Source: an uncultured Actinomycetes bacterium (GTDB lineage: Bacteria; Actinomycetota; Thermoleophilia; RBG-16-64-13). From it: DNA of 64,000 nucleotides. Both the position numbers and the translations under genes were made by a program. This document shows, piece by piece, positions 29,151 through 39,638 of the stretch (positions within the stretch are counted from its first letter, which is position 1; every line of letters starts with the position of its first letter). Where the stretch lies: positions 1,024,001 to 1,088,000 of the forward strand of contig CAVPLM010000005.1 in NCBI GenBank assembly GCA_963706025.1, written 5' to 3'. The notes under the pieces were generated by a model. The model searched no databases, was not told the DNA's origin, and worked only from the letters and a program-made list of their open reading frames with translations.

Positions 29151-31379
29151 ATGCCCAACCTCCTTGCCAGAGAGACCAGCCCCTACCTACTCCAACATGC
29201 CGACAACCCGGTGGATTGGTACCCCTGGGGCCCCGAAGCCCTCGCGAGAGCCCGAGACGAAGACAAGCCCATCTTCCTGAGCATCGGCTATTCCTCCTGT
29301 CACTGGTGCCACGTGATGGAGCGGGAGTCGTTCACCGACCCCACCACCGCCGCGTTCCTCAACGAGCACTTCGTCAGTATCAAGGTCGACCGGGAGGAGC
29401 GGCCCGATCTGGACTCGATCTACATGAAGGCGGTGACCGCGCTCACCGGACGGGGGGGGTGGCCCCTCAGCGCCTGGCTGACTCCGGCGGGGGTCCCGTT
29501 CTACGGAGGGACCTACTTCCCCGACGCGCCGAGGTTCGGCATGCCCTCCTTCCGCCAGGTCCTCAAAGCGCTGGCAGAGATTTGGGAAGAACGCAGGCAG
29601 GAGCTCGACCAACCCGTGCAGAGAATGCTGCTACACCTCGATCGGGACGAGACCGAGTCCCTGGGTCCGACTCCGGCGCGGTCGTACGGCGAGACCGTCG
29701 TCCGCGCGCTCAGGGCCATCGATGCGGCCTACGATCCGGTCAACGCTAGCTGGGGTGGCGCACCCAAGTTCCCGCAGCCCCTCGTACTGGACGCACTGCT
29801 CGCCCATCACATCGCTAAGCCGCAACCTGAACTTAAGCTGCAGATTGAGTCCACTCTCGACGCTATGGCTGCCGGGGGTATGTATGACCATCTGGGCGGA
29901 GGATTCCACCGCTACTCCACCGACGACGCCTGGCTCGTCCCCCACTTCGAGAAGACGCTCTACGACAACGCCCAACTGGCCCGCTGCTATCTCCACGGCT
30001 GGCAGGTGACCGGACGACCTCGGTATCGCGCCGTCGTCGAGCGGACCCTCGACTACCTGCTGCGAGACATGCACCACCCCGCGGGTGGGTTCTTCAGCGC
30101 CGAGGACGCGGACTTCGAGGGACAGGAGGGCGGGTCATACGTATGGACTCCGGAGCAGCTACGAAGCGTCTTGACGGCCGAAGAGGCCGATCTCATCATC
30201 AAGACCTACGGGGTGACGGCGCAGGGTCACCTGGACGGAGCCAGCATCCTTCACCTGACCTGGGACCTGGGCGAGGACGACGCCCGGCTGACAGACACCC
30301 GTCTGAACGCTGCCCGGGCCGCGCTGCTCGCCGCCCGCGATAAACGGGGGCGGCCCCTTCGCGACGACAAGATCCTCGTCGCATGGAACGGCCTTGCCCT
30401 GGCTGCGTTGGCCGAGGCCGGCCGGGCTTTGGGGTCAGACCGCTACCGCGAGGCTGCCGAAGCCACGGGGGAGTTTCTTCTGCGCGAGCTTCTTCGGCCC
30501 GGCCACCGCCTCTATCACGCCTGGAAGGACGGCCGGCCCTCTGGCAACGGCTTCCTGGACGACTATGCCTTCCTGGTGGAAGGCCTACTCGCCCTCTACC
30601 AGACGAGCTTCCAGGAGAAGTGGTTCGTCGCCGCCCGGCGCCTGACGGACTCGATGGTCGACTACTTCCACCGGCCCGCGGGGGGCTTCTACGACACCAG
30701 CTCCGACCACGAGACCCTCATCACCCGGCCTCGGTCGCTTCAGGACAGCCCTACCCCTTGCGGCAACTCCATGGCGGCGACGGTCCTGCTCAAGATCGGC
30801 GCGTTCACCGGCGAGAGCCGCTATCTGGCTCTGGCCGAGGAGACCCTTTCACCTATGGGCCCGCTCCTGGAGCGCGCTCCCCTCGCCTTCGGCCAGTGGT
30901 TGGCGGCGTATCAAACGCTCGAGACCGGGATCACAGAGATCGCGATCGTAGGGCGCTTCGACCATCCCCGGACCAAAGCTCTGCTGAGTGTTATCAACAG
31001 CACCTTCCGCCCGGCAGCGGTGGTCGCCGCCCGCCCACCGGCGACGAGCTCGGTCGTGTCGTTGCTGGTCGAACGAGAGCCGCCCCCCGGCGCGGGGGCG
31101 GCGGCCTGGGTCTGTGAGCACTCCACCTGCGCGGCACCGACCACCGACCCGGACGAGCTCCGAGCCTTGCTGCACGACGGGGACACCCTAAGGGGTCCCG
31201 CTCCGGCTGCGCAGGTGCGACTCCTCCCCCGGGACCCCTTAGGGTGTCTGGCGCTGAGGCTGGGGGCGCTTCGCCCCGCACCCATTCCGGTGAGGCGATC
31301 ACCCTCGTGGAAGAGTCGCACCTGCGCAGCTGGAGCGAGGGTGGTCGCCTCACCCCATAGATGGTCTCGCCGAACATAA
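29151..31379 (+). CDS. YyaL/SSP411-family thioredoxin-domain plus (alpha/alpha)6 protein
   Basis: [69 protein letters not shown]. Homology ends near 31180; the rest reads through the repeat element. Confidence 0.93.
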   Translation: MPNLLARETSPYLLQHADNPVDWYPWGPEALARARDEDKPIFLSIGYSSCHWCHVMERESFTDPTTAAFLNEHFVSIKVDREERPDLDSIYMKAVTALTGRGGWPLSAWLTPAGVPFYGGTYFPDAPRFGMPSFRQVLKALAEIWEERRQELDQPVQRMLLHLDRDETESLGPTPARSYGETVVRALRAIDAAYDPVNASWGGAPKFPQPLVLDALLAHHIAKPQPELKLQIESTLDAMAAGGMYDHLGGGFHRYSTDDAWLVPHFEKTLYDNAQLARCYLHGWQVTGRPRYRAVVERTLDYLLRDMHHPAGGFFSAEDADFEGQEGGSYVWTPEQLRSVLTAEEADLIIKTYGVTAQGHLDGASILHLTWDLGEDDARLTDTRLNAARAALLAARDKRGRPLRDDKILVAWNGLALAALAEAGRALGSDRYREAAEATGEFLLRELLRPGHRLYHAWKDGRPSGNGFLDDYAFLVEGLLALYQTSFQEKWFVAARRLTDSMVDYFHRPAGGFYDTSSDHETLITRPRSLQDSPTPCGNSMAATVLLKIGAFTGESRYLALAEETLSPMGPLLERAPLAFGQWLAAYQTLETGITEIAIVGRFDHPRTKALLSVINSTFRPAAVVAARPPATSSVVSLLVEREPPPGAGAAAWVCEHSTCAAPTTDPDELRALLHDGDTLRGPAPAAQVRLLPRDPLGCLALRLGALRPAPIPVRRSPSWKSRTCAAGARVVASPHRWSRRT
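31182..31354. repeat. Inverted pair of stem-core-stem elements (copies A and B)
   Basis: A: perfect 19-bp stem 31182-31200/31230-31248 around CTCCGGCTGCGCAGGTGCGACTCCTCCCC. B: 19-bp stem 31289-31307/31336-31354 around TGGAAGAGTCGCACCTGCGCAGCTGGAG, a near reverse complement of the A core. Confidence 0.85.
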
Positions 31380-31425
31380 CCTCTCCTCGCCGCTCCTCGC
31401 CGCCCCTCGGCGTTCCTCGCTCGTC

Positions 31426-31941
31426 TCAGATGAACAGGGTGATGGTGGAGTGGCGCGCCTCTTCGATGTAGGTGCCGACGGAGCAGTACTCCTCGATGAG
31501 GTCCTGGCGCAGATCTTCGGCTTTGATGCCCATTATGGCCATGGTCATATCGCAGGCGAAGATCTTGCCGCCCAGTTCCTTGAAGTCCTGGGCCAGACGC
31601 TCGAGCGAGACTGCACCCGCCTTCTTCATCCTGCGCTTCACCATCCACTTGCCGAGACCGAGCATGTTCATCTTGGAGAGAGGACCGCTGTCCAGCCCCC
31701 CGTCCTTCTTCAGACGGATGAGGCCCCAGAAGGTGAAGTAGAGCGACACCTCCATACCCATGGCCAGGGCCCCGTTGCTTATGATGAACGCGCTTTGGAC
31801 CTTGTCGAAGTCTCCGCTCTGCACCACGATGGTGGCTTTCTCAAGCGCGGGCGGCTCGGCGGCCGTTGCCGCCGGAGCCGCCCCCGTCGCGGGCACCTGC
31901 GACAAGTCGACCGGGTTCAACGCCGTATCCGGATGGTCCAC
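31426..31941 (-). CDS. DsrE/DsrF/DrsH-like (DsrE2) protein
   Basis: SGDFDK..AFIISNGA.AMG.EV.LYFTFWGL, ACDMTM.IMG, TLFI. Confidence 0.9.
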   Translation of the reverse strand: MDHPDTALNPVDLSQVPATGAAPAATAAEPPALEKATIVVQSGDFDKVQSAFIISNGALAMGMEVSLYFTFWGLIRLKKDGGLDSGPLSKMNMLGLGKWMVKRRMKKAGAVSLERLAQDFKELGGKIFACDMTMAIMGIKAEDLRQDLIEEYCSVGTYIEEARHSTITLFI

Positions 31942-32138
31942 GTGTCGCCCTCCTCTTCCACGCTCAGCAATTCCAACCCGAGGGCCTTCACCGCCATCGG
32001 TATCTCCTTCTTCGACGACGGGTGCGTGCCCACGACCTCGAGCACGTCACCCGGGGAAGCCCGCCGCAAAGCCTTGCGAACTTCGACCAGGGGGACCGGA
32101 CAGGTCTCCCCCTTCACATCGAGTCTTGTATCAGCCAC
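31917..32138 (-). CDS. tusA: TusA-family sulfurtransferase
   Basis: LDVKGETCPVP, PGDVLEV; 73 aa. Confidence 0.88.
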   Translation of the reverse strand: MADTRLDVKGETCPVPLVEVRKALRRASPGDVLEVVGTHPSSKKEIPMAVKALGLELLSVEEEGDTWTIRIRR

Positions 32139-32304
32139 TCGCCGACCTCCCCTTCAACGACCTGCAGAAGACCGGTTGTCCCGGTCCGTTATCGGCTACC
32201 CGCGTCTGCCCACGCACAAACAAAAGGCGCCGGTCTCCCGGCGCCTCAGCCTCAAAACAGTGATGGGCCCGCCGGCGAGCGAGCCCCGGCCTGATCGGTC
32301 GTGA

Positions 32305-32667
32305 CTACCAGCGCGAACCTCCGCTTTGGCCGCCCCCGCCGTAGCCGCCGCCACCGTATCCGCCCCCGCCGTAGCCGCTGCGCCCGCCGCTGTAGCCACC
32401 CGGCTTGCGTTGCTCTTGCTCGCGCGCGTTATCGACATTGATGCTGCGCCCGTCCAGATCGGTCCCGTTCAGGGCGGTCTTTGCCGCCTCTCCTTCCTCA
32501 GGGGTGCTCATCTCTACGAAAGCGAACCCCTTCGGGCGCCCAGTCTGCCGATCGGTGATGATGTTCACTGACACCACTTCGCCGTGTTCCCCGAACGCCT
32601 TTTCCAGGGTCTCTTTGGTGGTGCCGTAGGAGAGGTTACCGACATACAGTCTCGCCGTGCTCATCAT
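32305..32667 (-). CDS. RRM RNA-binding protein with Gly-rich tail
   Basis: RNP2 LYVGNL, RNP1 KGFAFVEM, GGGYGGG tail. Confidence 0.95.
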   Translation of the reverse strand: MMSTARLYVGNLSYGTTKETLEKAFGEHGEVVSVNIITDRQTGRPKGFAFVEMSTPEEGEAAKTALNGTDLDGRSINVDNAREQEQRKPGGYSGGRSGYGGGGYGGGGYGGGGQSGGSRW

Positions 32668-32899
32668 GTCCTCCACAGATCCCAGTGACAGAACCGCATG
32701 CGTTCGGATGCACCTGCGGACGGACGAGTAGATGAAGCACTCTGCACGTCGCGGGGAGAGCTTCCTATCGATGCTGTTCCATCATACTGACTGAGAGGCA
32801 AGTAAAGCAAGCGGCTTCCCGGATGACGAATCTGCGGGCAGCGAGAGCGGGTATATGATGTTGATAGGCACTCTAGAAATCCTGGAGGTCCACCAGTCT

Positions 32900-33695
32900 A
32901 TGGCCGACGCCCACCCACCCGGGGCCCTCCACGCTCTGCCGGAGATCAGGCAGAGGATCGACGGGCGCAGGTGCGCATTCTTCTTGGATCTTGACGGCAC
33001 TCTGGCTCCCATCGCCCCCCATCCTGACCAGCTCCGGCTGCCAAGGAAGACCAGGACGACCCTGAGCCGTCTCGCTTCGCGCGATCTGGTCTGCATTGTC
33101 TCCGGTCGCGGCCTGGAGGATCTTCGGCTGAAGGTCGGCCTGGATCCCGTCTACTACGCTGCCGCTCACGGCCATCGTATCGTCGGGCCCGCGGGATCGG
33201 GGATCGACCTCGAGGTGGGGACAGGAGTACGAGGAGCAGTTGCGAGCAGCCGCCCAGGAATTGAGAGACAGGCTGCTCTCCGTCGAGGGGGTGGTCCTGG
33301 AAGAGAAGGGGCTCTCGCTCTCTATCCACTATCGTCTGGTGCCCGAGCGTAAGCGCCCGGTGGTCGACCGGGCAGTGGCGGACGTGACCCTGAGCTTCCC
33401 CGCGCTCCGTTTGACAGGGGGCAAGCTGGTGCACGAGCTACGACCCCCGGGGGACTGGGACAAGGGCCGGGCCGTGCTCTGGCTGCTGGAGACTCTGGGA
33501 TGGGAGCCAAGTGGCAGTTGTCCTATCTGTCTGGGTGACGATCTCACCGACGAAGACATGTTCGCGGCGGTAGACGGCTGGGGAGTGGCCATGGTGGTCG
33601 GCTATCCGGACCGGTCCACTCGGGCTCACTACCGGCTACGTGATTCTGACGAAGTCGTGACCCTACTGGAGTGGTTCACCGGCCGTGACGGCTAG
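32900..33695 (+). CDS. otsB: Trehalose-6-phosphate phosphatase, frameshift at ~33221
   Basis: [19 protein letters not shown], then [34 protein letters not shown]. Confidence 0.9.
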
Positions 33696-33757
33696 AGACC
33701 CTCTCTAATCGGGTAACATATGCTCCCAAGCCGGTTTCGGCAGGAGGAGGTCTTGGA

Positions 33758-34444
33758 GTGGTCGATTTCGCGATCAAGGACTGCACTCTGGCCATAATGG
33801 CAACCGGTCGCCGTGCCCAGACCCTGCGCGAACTGCGCAATATCCTACGTGACATCCACCCGGGGTGTGTCTACCATCACTTCTGGGGCACCTTGCTACG
33901 GGCACAATTCTCAGACCGCGAGTTCAACAACGACTTCGCCACCTGGTGCCACCATAGTCTCCACGACAATAGGGCGGCGGAACGCCTGGCCGTCATCGAC
34001 CCGGCCGACTACGCAGACATGGAGGGACTCCGCCAGGAGGTGATCGAGGTAATCGACGAACGCCTGGACGAGACAGAGCTCATGTTGTTCGCCCGGGCCG
34101 ATCAACAGTTCCATTTCGTTCGCTCGGTCATCGTGGTCTTCGACACCTACCGGCGCGTCGCCGATCCGGCCGAGTTCGTACACCTGCTTCCGGAGCTCTC
34201 CATAGGTAGCATCTTCTATCATTTCATCGATGCCCGACGTCGAGAGCCGGTCGGGGTGGATGACTTCCGTGCCTGGCTCCTGGGACTGGGCCAGGAGTAC
34301 GAGGGTCTCTGCGGCGCCCTTGCCGAGGTGGACCCCTACTTCGAGTCGCTCTTCGTGCTTCGCAGCCGTCTTGCCGAACTGTTCGCCGAGCATCTGGAGG
34401 CTACCCAGCCGGACACACCGCCTGCCCCGTCCCGAGGAGGCTGA
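33758..34444 (+). CDS. DUF5752-family protein (TreT-associated)
   Basis: F..KDCTL...TG.RA..LREL, YHHF, NDFATW, SIFYHFIDARRR. Confidence 0.8.
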   Translation: MVDFAIKDCTLAIMATGRRAQTLRELRNILRDIHPGCVYHHFWGTLLRAQFSDREFNNDFATWCHHSLHDNRAAERLAVIDPADYADMEGLRQEVIEVIDERLDETELMLFARADQQFHFVRSVIVVFDTYRRVADPAEFVHLLPELSIGSIFYHFIDARRREPVGVDDFRAWLLGLGQEYEGLCGALAEVDPYFESLFVLRSRLAELFAEHLEATQPDTPPAPSRGG

Positions 34445-34445
34445 G

Positions 34446-35702
34446 ATGGCCAAGCATGCCGAACGGAGCCTGCTCGACCGTTATGCGGTGCACGCCGGGC
34501 AGGACGCCATCCAGCAACTCCGCCAGCTGGCAAGGCCTCTGTCGGGCCTGAAAGTCGTGCACGTGAACTCTACCCGCCAAGGCGGAGGAGTGGCCGAGAT
34601 CCTGGTGAAGTTGGTCCCCCTCATGCAGGAGCTCGGACTGGATACCAGCTGGGAGGTCATCGAGGGAAACGATGACTTCTTCGCCTGCACGAAGTCCTTC
34701 CACAATGCCCTCCAGGGCAAGAATCTGCGCATCCCCGAGCCTCTGCTGCGCGTTTACGAACAGGTCAACGCCGCCAACGCCGACAAGTTGCGCCCTGTTC
34801 TTGAAGCGGCCGATTTCGTGTTCATACACGACCCCCAACCCGCTCCGCTGCTGAGCCACTGCCCCGAGCGCCGGGGTAGATGGATCTGGCGCTGCCACAT
34901 CGATCTCAGCCACCCCTACAGGCCTGTCTGGAACTATCTCCGCCAGTTCGTCGCCTCCTACGATGCGAGCATCTTCTCCCTGGAAGCGTTCGCTCCGACG
35001 CTGCCGCACCCTGTCTTCATCATCCCACCCAGCATCGATCCCCTGAGCGAGAAGAACCAACCCCTCACGGAGAGGGAGGTGCGGAAGGTACTGGAGGAGT
35101 TCTCCATCGACCCGAACCGGCCGATGATCCTGCAGGTCTCGCGCTTCGACCGGTTCAAGGACCCTCTGGGTGTCATCCAGGCCTATCGACTGGCCACGCA
35201 GTTCGTGCCCAGCCTTCAACTGGTGCTGGCCGGAGGCGGCGCGGTCGACGACCCCGAAGGTGAAGGGGTTCTGAGAGAGGTGCGAGAGGCGGCTGAGGGA
35301 GACCCGGACATCCACGTCCTGTCTTCGGGCCATTACAGCGACAGAACGATCAATGCCCTGCAGACCGCGGCCGACATCGTCTTGCAGAAGTCCCTCCGTG
35401 AGGGTTTCGGCCTCACGGTCACAGAGGCGATGTGGAAGGGAAAGCCCGTCATCGGAGGCAATACGGGTGGGATCCGGCTCCAGATCACGAATCATCGTAC
35501 CGGGTTCCTGGTGGACACCCCTGAGGGTGCGGCCATGCGCATTCGCTACCTGCTCTTCGAGCGCCACCGCATAGGGCAGATCGGGAATAACGCGCGGGAG
35601 CTCGTTCGGCAGAGCTTTCTGAACACCCGGCATCTTCGCGAGTATCTGACTCTGATGGTCGCCCTCTTGCACGGCGTCGAGGATCGCATCGAGCTCGAAT
35701 AG
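34446..35702 (+). CDS. treT: TreT-type trehalose synthase (GT4)
   Basis: HVNSTRQGGGVAEIL, TKSFHNALQG, IHDPQP, WRCHID, QVSRFD.FKDP, QKSLREGFGLTVTEAMWK. Confidence 0.9.
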   Translation: MAKHAERSLLDRYAVHAGQDAIQQLRQLARPLSGLKVVHVNSTRQGGGVAEILVKLVPLMQELGLDTSWEVIEGNDDFFACTKSFHNALQGKNLRIPEPLLRVYEQVNAANADKLRPVLEAADFVFIHDPQPAPLLSHCPERRGRWIWRCHIDLSHPYRPVWNYLRQFVASYDASIFSLEAFAPTLPHPVFIIPPSIDPLSEKNQPLTEREVRKVLEEFSIDPNRPMILQVSRFDRFKDPLGVIQAYRLATQFVPSLQLVLAGGGAVDDPEGEGVLREVREAAEGDPDIHVLSSGHYSDRTINALQTAADIVLQKSLREGFGLTVTEAMWKGKPVIGGNTGGIRLQITNHRTGFLVDTPEGAAMRIRYLLFERHRIGQIGNNARELVRQSFLNTRHLREYLTLMVALLHGVEDRIELE

Positions 35703-35734
35703 ACCTGTTCCTGCAGACCGACCAAGGAGTGCGC

Positions 35735-37223
35735 ATGGCCGCGCGAATCGACCAAGAGGCTCATCGTCGTATCCAACCGGCTCCCCTACGTGCTCGAGAA
35801 ACAGAACGGCGAGAAGTGGGCCCTCAGGCCAGGCTCGGGAGGTCTGGTCACCGCCCTCCTCCCCGTGCTACGCGACCGGGGCGGCGTCTGGATCGGTTGG
35901 CCGGGGGTCACCGAAGAGGTGCCGGGGGTCAAGGAGGTCTTCCGCGCGGCCGTACGAGGCGCCGGCTACGAGCTCAAGCCCGTCTCCCTTAGCAAGGATG
36001 AGATCGACAAGTACTATCACGGCTATTCCAACGAGAGCGTCTGGCCCTTGTTCCACGACCTCCAATCCAGGGCCGAGTTCGATCCCGAGTACTGGCACAC
36101 GTATGTCAAAGTCAACCGCAAGTTCGCCGAGGCGCTGGTCCATGAGTGCCGCCCCGACGATTTCGTGTGGATCCACGATTATCAACTGATGGATGTCGCC
36201 CACCACGTACGCGAGACGGACTGTGATGTAGACCTGGCCTTCTTTCTTCATATCCCGTTCCCGGCCCCCGACATCTTCATGAAGCTGCCCGAGCGCCAGG
36301 CTGTGCTCGACTCGCTCCTTGCCAACGATCTGGTCGGTTTTCAGACTCTGCGGGACCGGCGCAATTTCATCCAATGTGTGCGAACGCTCGTGAAGGGCGC
36401 CCGCCTTCGGGTGGAGGGACATCTGCACGTAGTAGGGCTTCAGGACCGAGAGATGCGGGTAGGCAACTTCCCCATCGGCATCGATGCACGGGCCTTCGCA
36501 GAACGGGCGGCGGCGCCCGAGGTCGAGGAGCGGCTGCAGGCGATCCGGGAACGGTTCGAAGGCAGGCAGATCGTGCTGGGGCTCGATAGGTTGGACTACA
36601 CGAAGGGGATCCCCCACAGGTTGCGGGCCTTCGCCAACCTTCTCGAGCGGTTCCCCGAGGTTCGGGGGCGGATCCACTTGTTTCAAGTGGTCGTCCCCAG
36701 CCGCGTGGGCATTCCCAAGTACGACGAACTCAAGGTCGAGATCGAACGGCTGGTCGGCGAGATCAACGGGCGCTACTCGCAGGTGGGCTGGGTGCCGGTC
36801 CACTACTTCTTCCGCAGCCTCGACTCGATCGAGCTGTTGGCCTTCTATCGGGCGGCGACCATCGCGCTCATCACTCCACTCAAGGACGGCATGAACCTGG
36901 TGGCCAAGGAGTTTTGCGCCTGCAGCCTGGAGGAGGACTCCGTGCTCATCCTTAGTCAATTCGCGGGGGCAGCGGCTCAAATGGGCCGAGCGGCGCTGGT
37001 GGTCAATCCCTACGACGTGGAGCAGACCGCCGACGCTATCTACAACGCGTTCCGCATGGGCTCGAGCGAGCGACGTTATCGCATGAGGCGCCTGCGCCGC
37101 AACTTGTACAATCAGGACGTCTTCTGGTGGGTTGACTCATTCATAGGAGCTGCGATCGACAAGGAGCTTCGCGACTTCCCGGTGCTGGAGGAGTACATCC
37201 CCGAGCATCACGAGCACCACTAG
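35735..37223 (+). CDS. otsA: Trehalose-6-phosphate synthase, indel within the first codons
   Basis: LIVVSNRLP, GGLVTAL, YYHGYSN..WPLFH, WIHDYQL, FFLHIPFP, DRLDYTKGI, DGMNLVAKE; AAGGAG before ATG 35735. Confidence 0.93.
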
Positions 37224-37346
37224 GTCAGGGAGTGGCTTCACCGTTGTGCGCCGCTCAGACGGACGATGCCCGGCACCTCGGCGGCCCCGCGGGCGTGGGG
37301 AAACCGACGAGTCCCTCCATCCTCGTCGGCCGCAGCCATATCCGGA

Positions 37347-37619
37347 CTACGAGGCCGAGTCGTCCGCGGCTTCCAGATCGGAGGACCCGGCTGCACTCTC
37401 CTGGCGATCGAGCGCCGAAAGGATGTCCTGCAACTCGGCCACGCGGCTGCTGAGCGCGGAGAGCTCGGTGGTAAGCCGTTCAGCAGCCTGAGAGACCTTC
37501 GAGCCCGCCTCTTCACTGAGCTCGTCCTCCAGGATCAACTCCTCGATCTCGTCCAGATAGAAGAAGGCCTCATCCAGTTTGAGCTTGGCTTTGTCCAGAT
37601 TGCCGATGATCCGTTCCAA
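37347..37619 (-). CDS. Small acidic helical/coiled-coil protein
   Basis: GGAGGGAGG RBS before TTG; 90 aa with a heptad-like pattern. Confidence 0.65.
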   Translation of the reverse strand: MERIIGNLDKAKLKLDEAFFYLDEIEELILEDELSEEAGSKVSQAAERLTTELSALSSRVAELQDILSALDRQESAAGSSDLEAADDSAS

Positions 37620-37714
37620 TCGTTCCTCCCTCCAGCATCCGGTTGTATATTACACATTGTTGCCCGTTTGACGTCGTCCGTGAGCCAAGACTCAGCCAAA
37701 GGAGGCCCGCCCGG

Positions 37715-38431
37715 ATGCCTGGTCCCGCCGCGAGCGTATTCAAGGTCGGTGTCTCCGACCAGGTGGTCGTGACGGCGAAAGCGGCTGTCCCCAACCGGTT
37801 GAGGCCTGATACTCCGGCCCTTATCTTGGCCCATGGGGCCAACAACGACCTGGACCATCCGTTGCTCGCTTACTTGGCCGCCCACCTTGTAGAGATGACC
37901 GATGTCCTCGTGGTCCGTTTCAACTTCCCCTACGTGGAGCGCGGCGCCGTATCTCCGGACCCGCAGAGACTCCTCGAGGACACCTTTAGGCGGGTGCACG
38001 ATCACGTGGTTGACGAGTTGTGCGGACCCGGAGCCCCCATCTTCGTAGGGGGCAAGTCCCTAGGGGGTAGGGTGGCGGCCGAGTTGGTCTCGCGCGGCCG
38101 GGAGGGAGAAGGTCTTCTTGTCGTGGGGTTGATCGTGCTCGGTTATCCCCTGCACGCCCCGGGGCACAAAGACCGCCTGCACGTGGAGCCGCTCAGGCGT
38201 ATCGGCATCCCGAGCCTGTTCTGCGTTGGAAGTCGAGATCCCCTCTGCGACACGGAACTACTCGGGCCCATCATCGCCGGGCTGTCTCATCCCGGCGCGC
38301 TGTACGTCATCGCGGGCGGTGACCACTCGCTCCGTCTGTCCTCGGCGTCCCGCCGGCAGCCTGAGGAGGGCTACCAAGACGTCGCCCGCAAGATGGGCGG
38401 CTTCATGGAGAGCGTGGTCCAGGCGGCTTGA
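37715..38431 (+). CDS. Alpha/beta hydrolase (KANL3/Tex30-like)
   Basis: LAHGA, RFNFPY, GGKSLGGRVA, LGYPLHAPG, G.RD..C, GGDHS. Confidence 0.9.
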   Translation: MPGPAASVFKVGVSDQVVVTAKAAVPNRLRPDTPALILAHGANNDLDHPLLAYLAAHLVEMTDVLVVRFNFPYVERGAVSPDPQRLLEDTFRRVHDHVVDELCGPGAPIFVGGKSLGGRVAAELVSRGREGEGLLVVGLIVLGYPLHAPGHKDRLHVEPLRRIGIPSLFCVGSRDPLCDTELLGPIIAGLSHPGALYVIAGGDHSLRLSSASRRQPEEGYQDVARKMGGFMESVVQAA

Positions 38432-38450
38432 GCGGACGGCCGAACGCGGG

Positions 38451-39401
38451 TCATGGCGCGGGCGGCGCCGGTTCTGCGGCCAGTTCCGCCGTCTCTTCGG
38501 AGCCCAGCCGGGCAAGCGTGGTACCGGCGAAGACAAGGGCGAAGCCGAACAAGGTCCTCAGAGTCAGGCTGTCGTAGCCCACGGCTATGGAGACCATCAG
38601 GGCGAACACCGCCTCCAGGCTCATGAGCACCCCCGCCAGAGTGGGAGGCGTGTGTCGTTGACCAAGGGCCATAAGCATGTACGCCACCAGGCCTCCCATG
38701 ACTCCGGTCCAAAGAACGGCGCCCATCGCCCCCCAGCCGGGGAAGACCGCAGGCTGCTCGAAGGCGAACGAACCGGCCAGCGAGAGGACCGCGCACACCG
38801 TCAATTGCAGCTGTACGAACGCTATCGCGCTGATACGGGACGAACCGTAGCCCACCCCCAGGATGTGAAGAGCCCAGAAGACGGTGGCGAGCACGGTGAA
38901 GAGCTCCCCCCAGCCGAAGGTGAGCTCTCCATAGAGGGAGAGGAGGGCAAAACCGCCCGCGACCACGATCACCCCTATCCCCACCATAGGCGACGGCCAA
39001 CGACCCGTGAAGAGACCGATGATGAGGGGCACCATTATCACGTAGAGGCTGGTCAGGAAACCGGAGACTCCCGGCGACGTGGACTGCAGCCCGATCGTCT
39101 GCAGAACGAAGCCCGCGAACAACAGGACACCTACGCCGCATCCGATCATCCAGCCTTCACGGTTCAGCCTTCGTAGACGGCCGATGCTGAAGGGAGCCAG
39201 AAGAACGGCGCCGACCAAGAATCGAAGCCCCAGGTAGTAGAGGGGCGGCATCTCGCCCATCGCATACTTCACCAGGACGAAGTTGCCGCCCCATATGACC
39301 CCGGCGATCACCAGTGCGGTCTCGGCCAGCAGCCTCACCCGCCGCGGTGCCCCGGGACCGCCCCCGATGAGGCGCGTGCTAAGGCCCTTCAGCCCGGACA
39401 T
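38451..39401 (-). CDS. EamA/DMT transporter
   Basis: IWGGNF..VK, RF, LQTIGL..TS, E.VFA; about 10 TM segments. Confidence 0.92.
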   Translation of the reverse strand: MSGLKGLSTRLIGGGPGAPRRVRLLAETALVIAGVIWGGNFVLVKYAMGEMPPLYYLGLRFLVGAVLLAPFSIGRLRRLNREGWMIGCGVGVLLFAGFVLQTIGLQSTSPGVSGFLTSLYVIMVPLIIGLFTGRWPSPMVGIGVIVVAGGFALLSLYGELTFGWGELFTVLATVFWALHILGVGYGSSRISAIAFVQLQLTVCAVLSLAGSFAFEQPAVFPGWGAMGAVLWTGVMGGLVAYMLMALGQRHTPPTLAGVLMSLEAVFALMVSIAVGYDSLTLRTLFGFALVFAGTTLARLGSEETAELAAEPAPPAP

Positions 39402-39484
39402 CGTCTTGTCATGCAGCAGGAAGATCCACGACGAACGACTCCCATAGATCGCGAAGCGCTCAGGGAAGAGACGCGAGTCGCCCA

Positions 39485-39612
39485 GAAAGTAGCACAGCCG
39501 GCTCCTTTGGGGAGGAGCCGGCCATACCGCGGGGAATTATGCTCAGCTCTGCCACGGTCTGGGATGGGGGGGATCCCGAGATCGCGATAGCTCAGCGCTC
39601 AGCGTCATCAGT
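39485..39612 (-). ncRNA. Candidate small RNA or leader with two C-rich-loop hairpins (6C-like)
   Basis: TAGAAT -10 at 39620-39615; hairpin GGGAT-C7-ATCCC; 3' hairpin GCCGGCTCCT-CCCCAA-AGGAGCCGGC followed by TGTGCTACTTT. Confidence 0.45.
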
Positions 39613-39638
39613 CTATTCTATGTATTATCATTAGTCCA

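Noticed and set aside
31192-31379. C-terminal extension of YyaL as a novel domain
   Set aside because: It is read-through into the palindromic repeat element.
39543-39608. Leaderless 21-aa leader peptide (MTLSAELSRSRDPPHPRPWQS) on the minus strand
   Set aside because: No regulatory codon run, and the frame depends on a homopolymer; an RNA-structure reading fits better.
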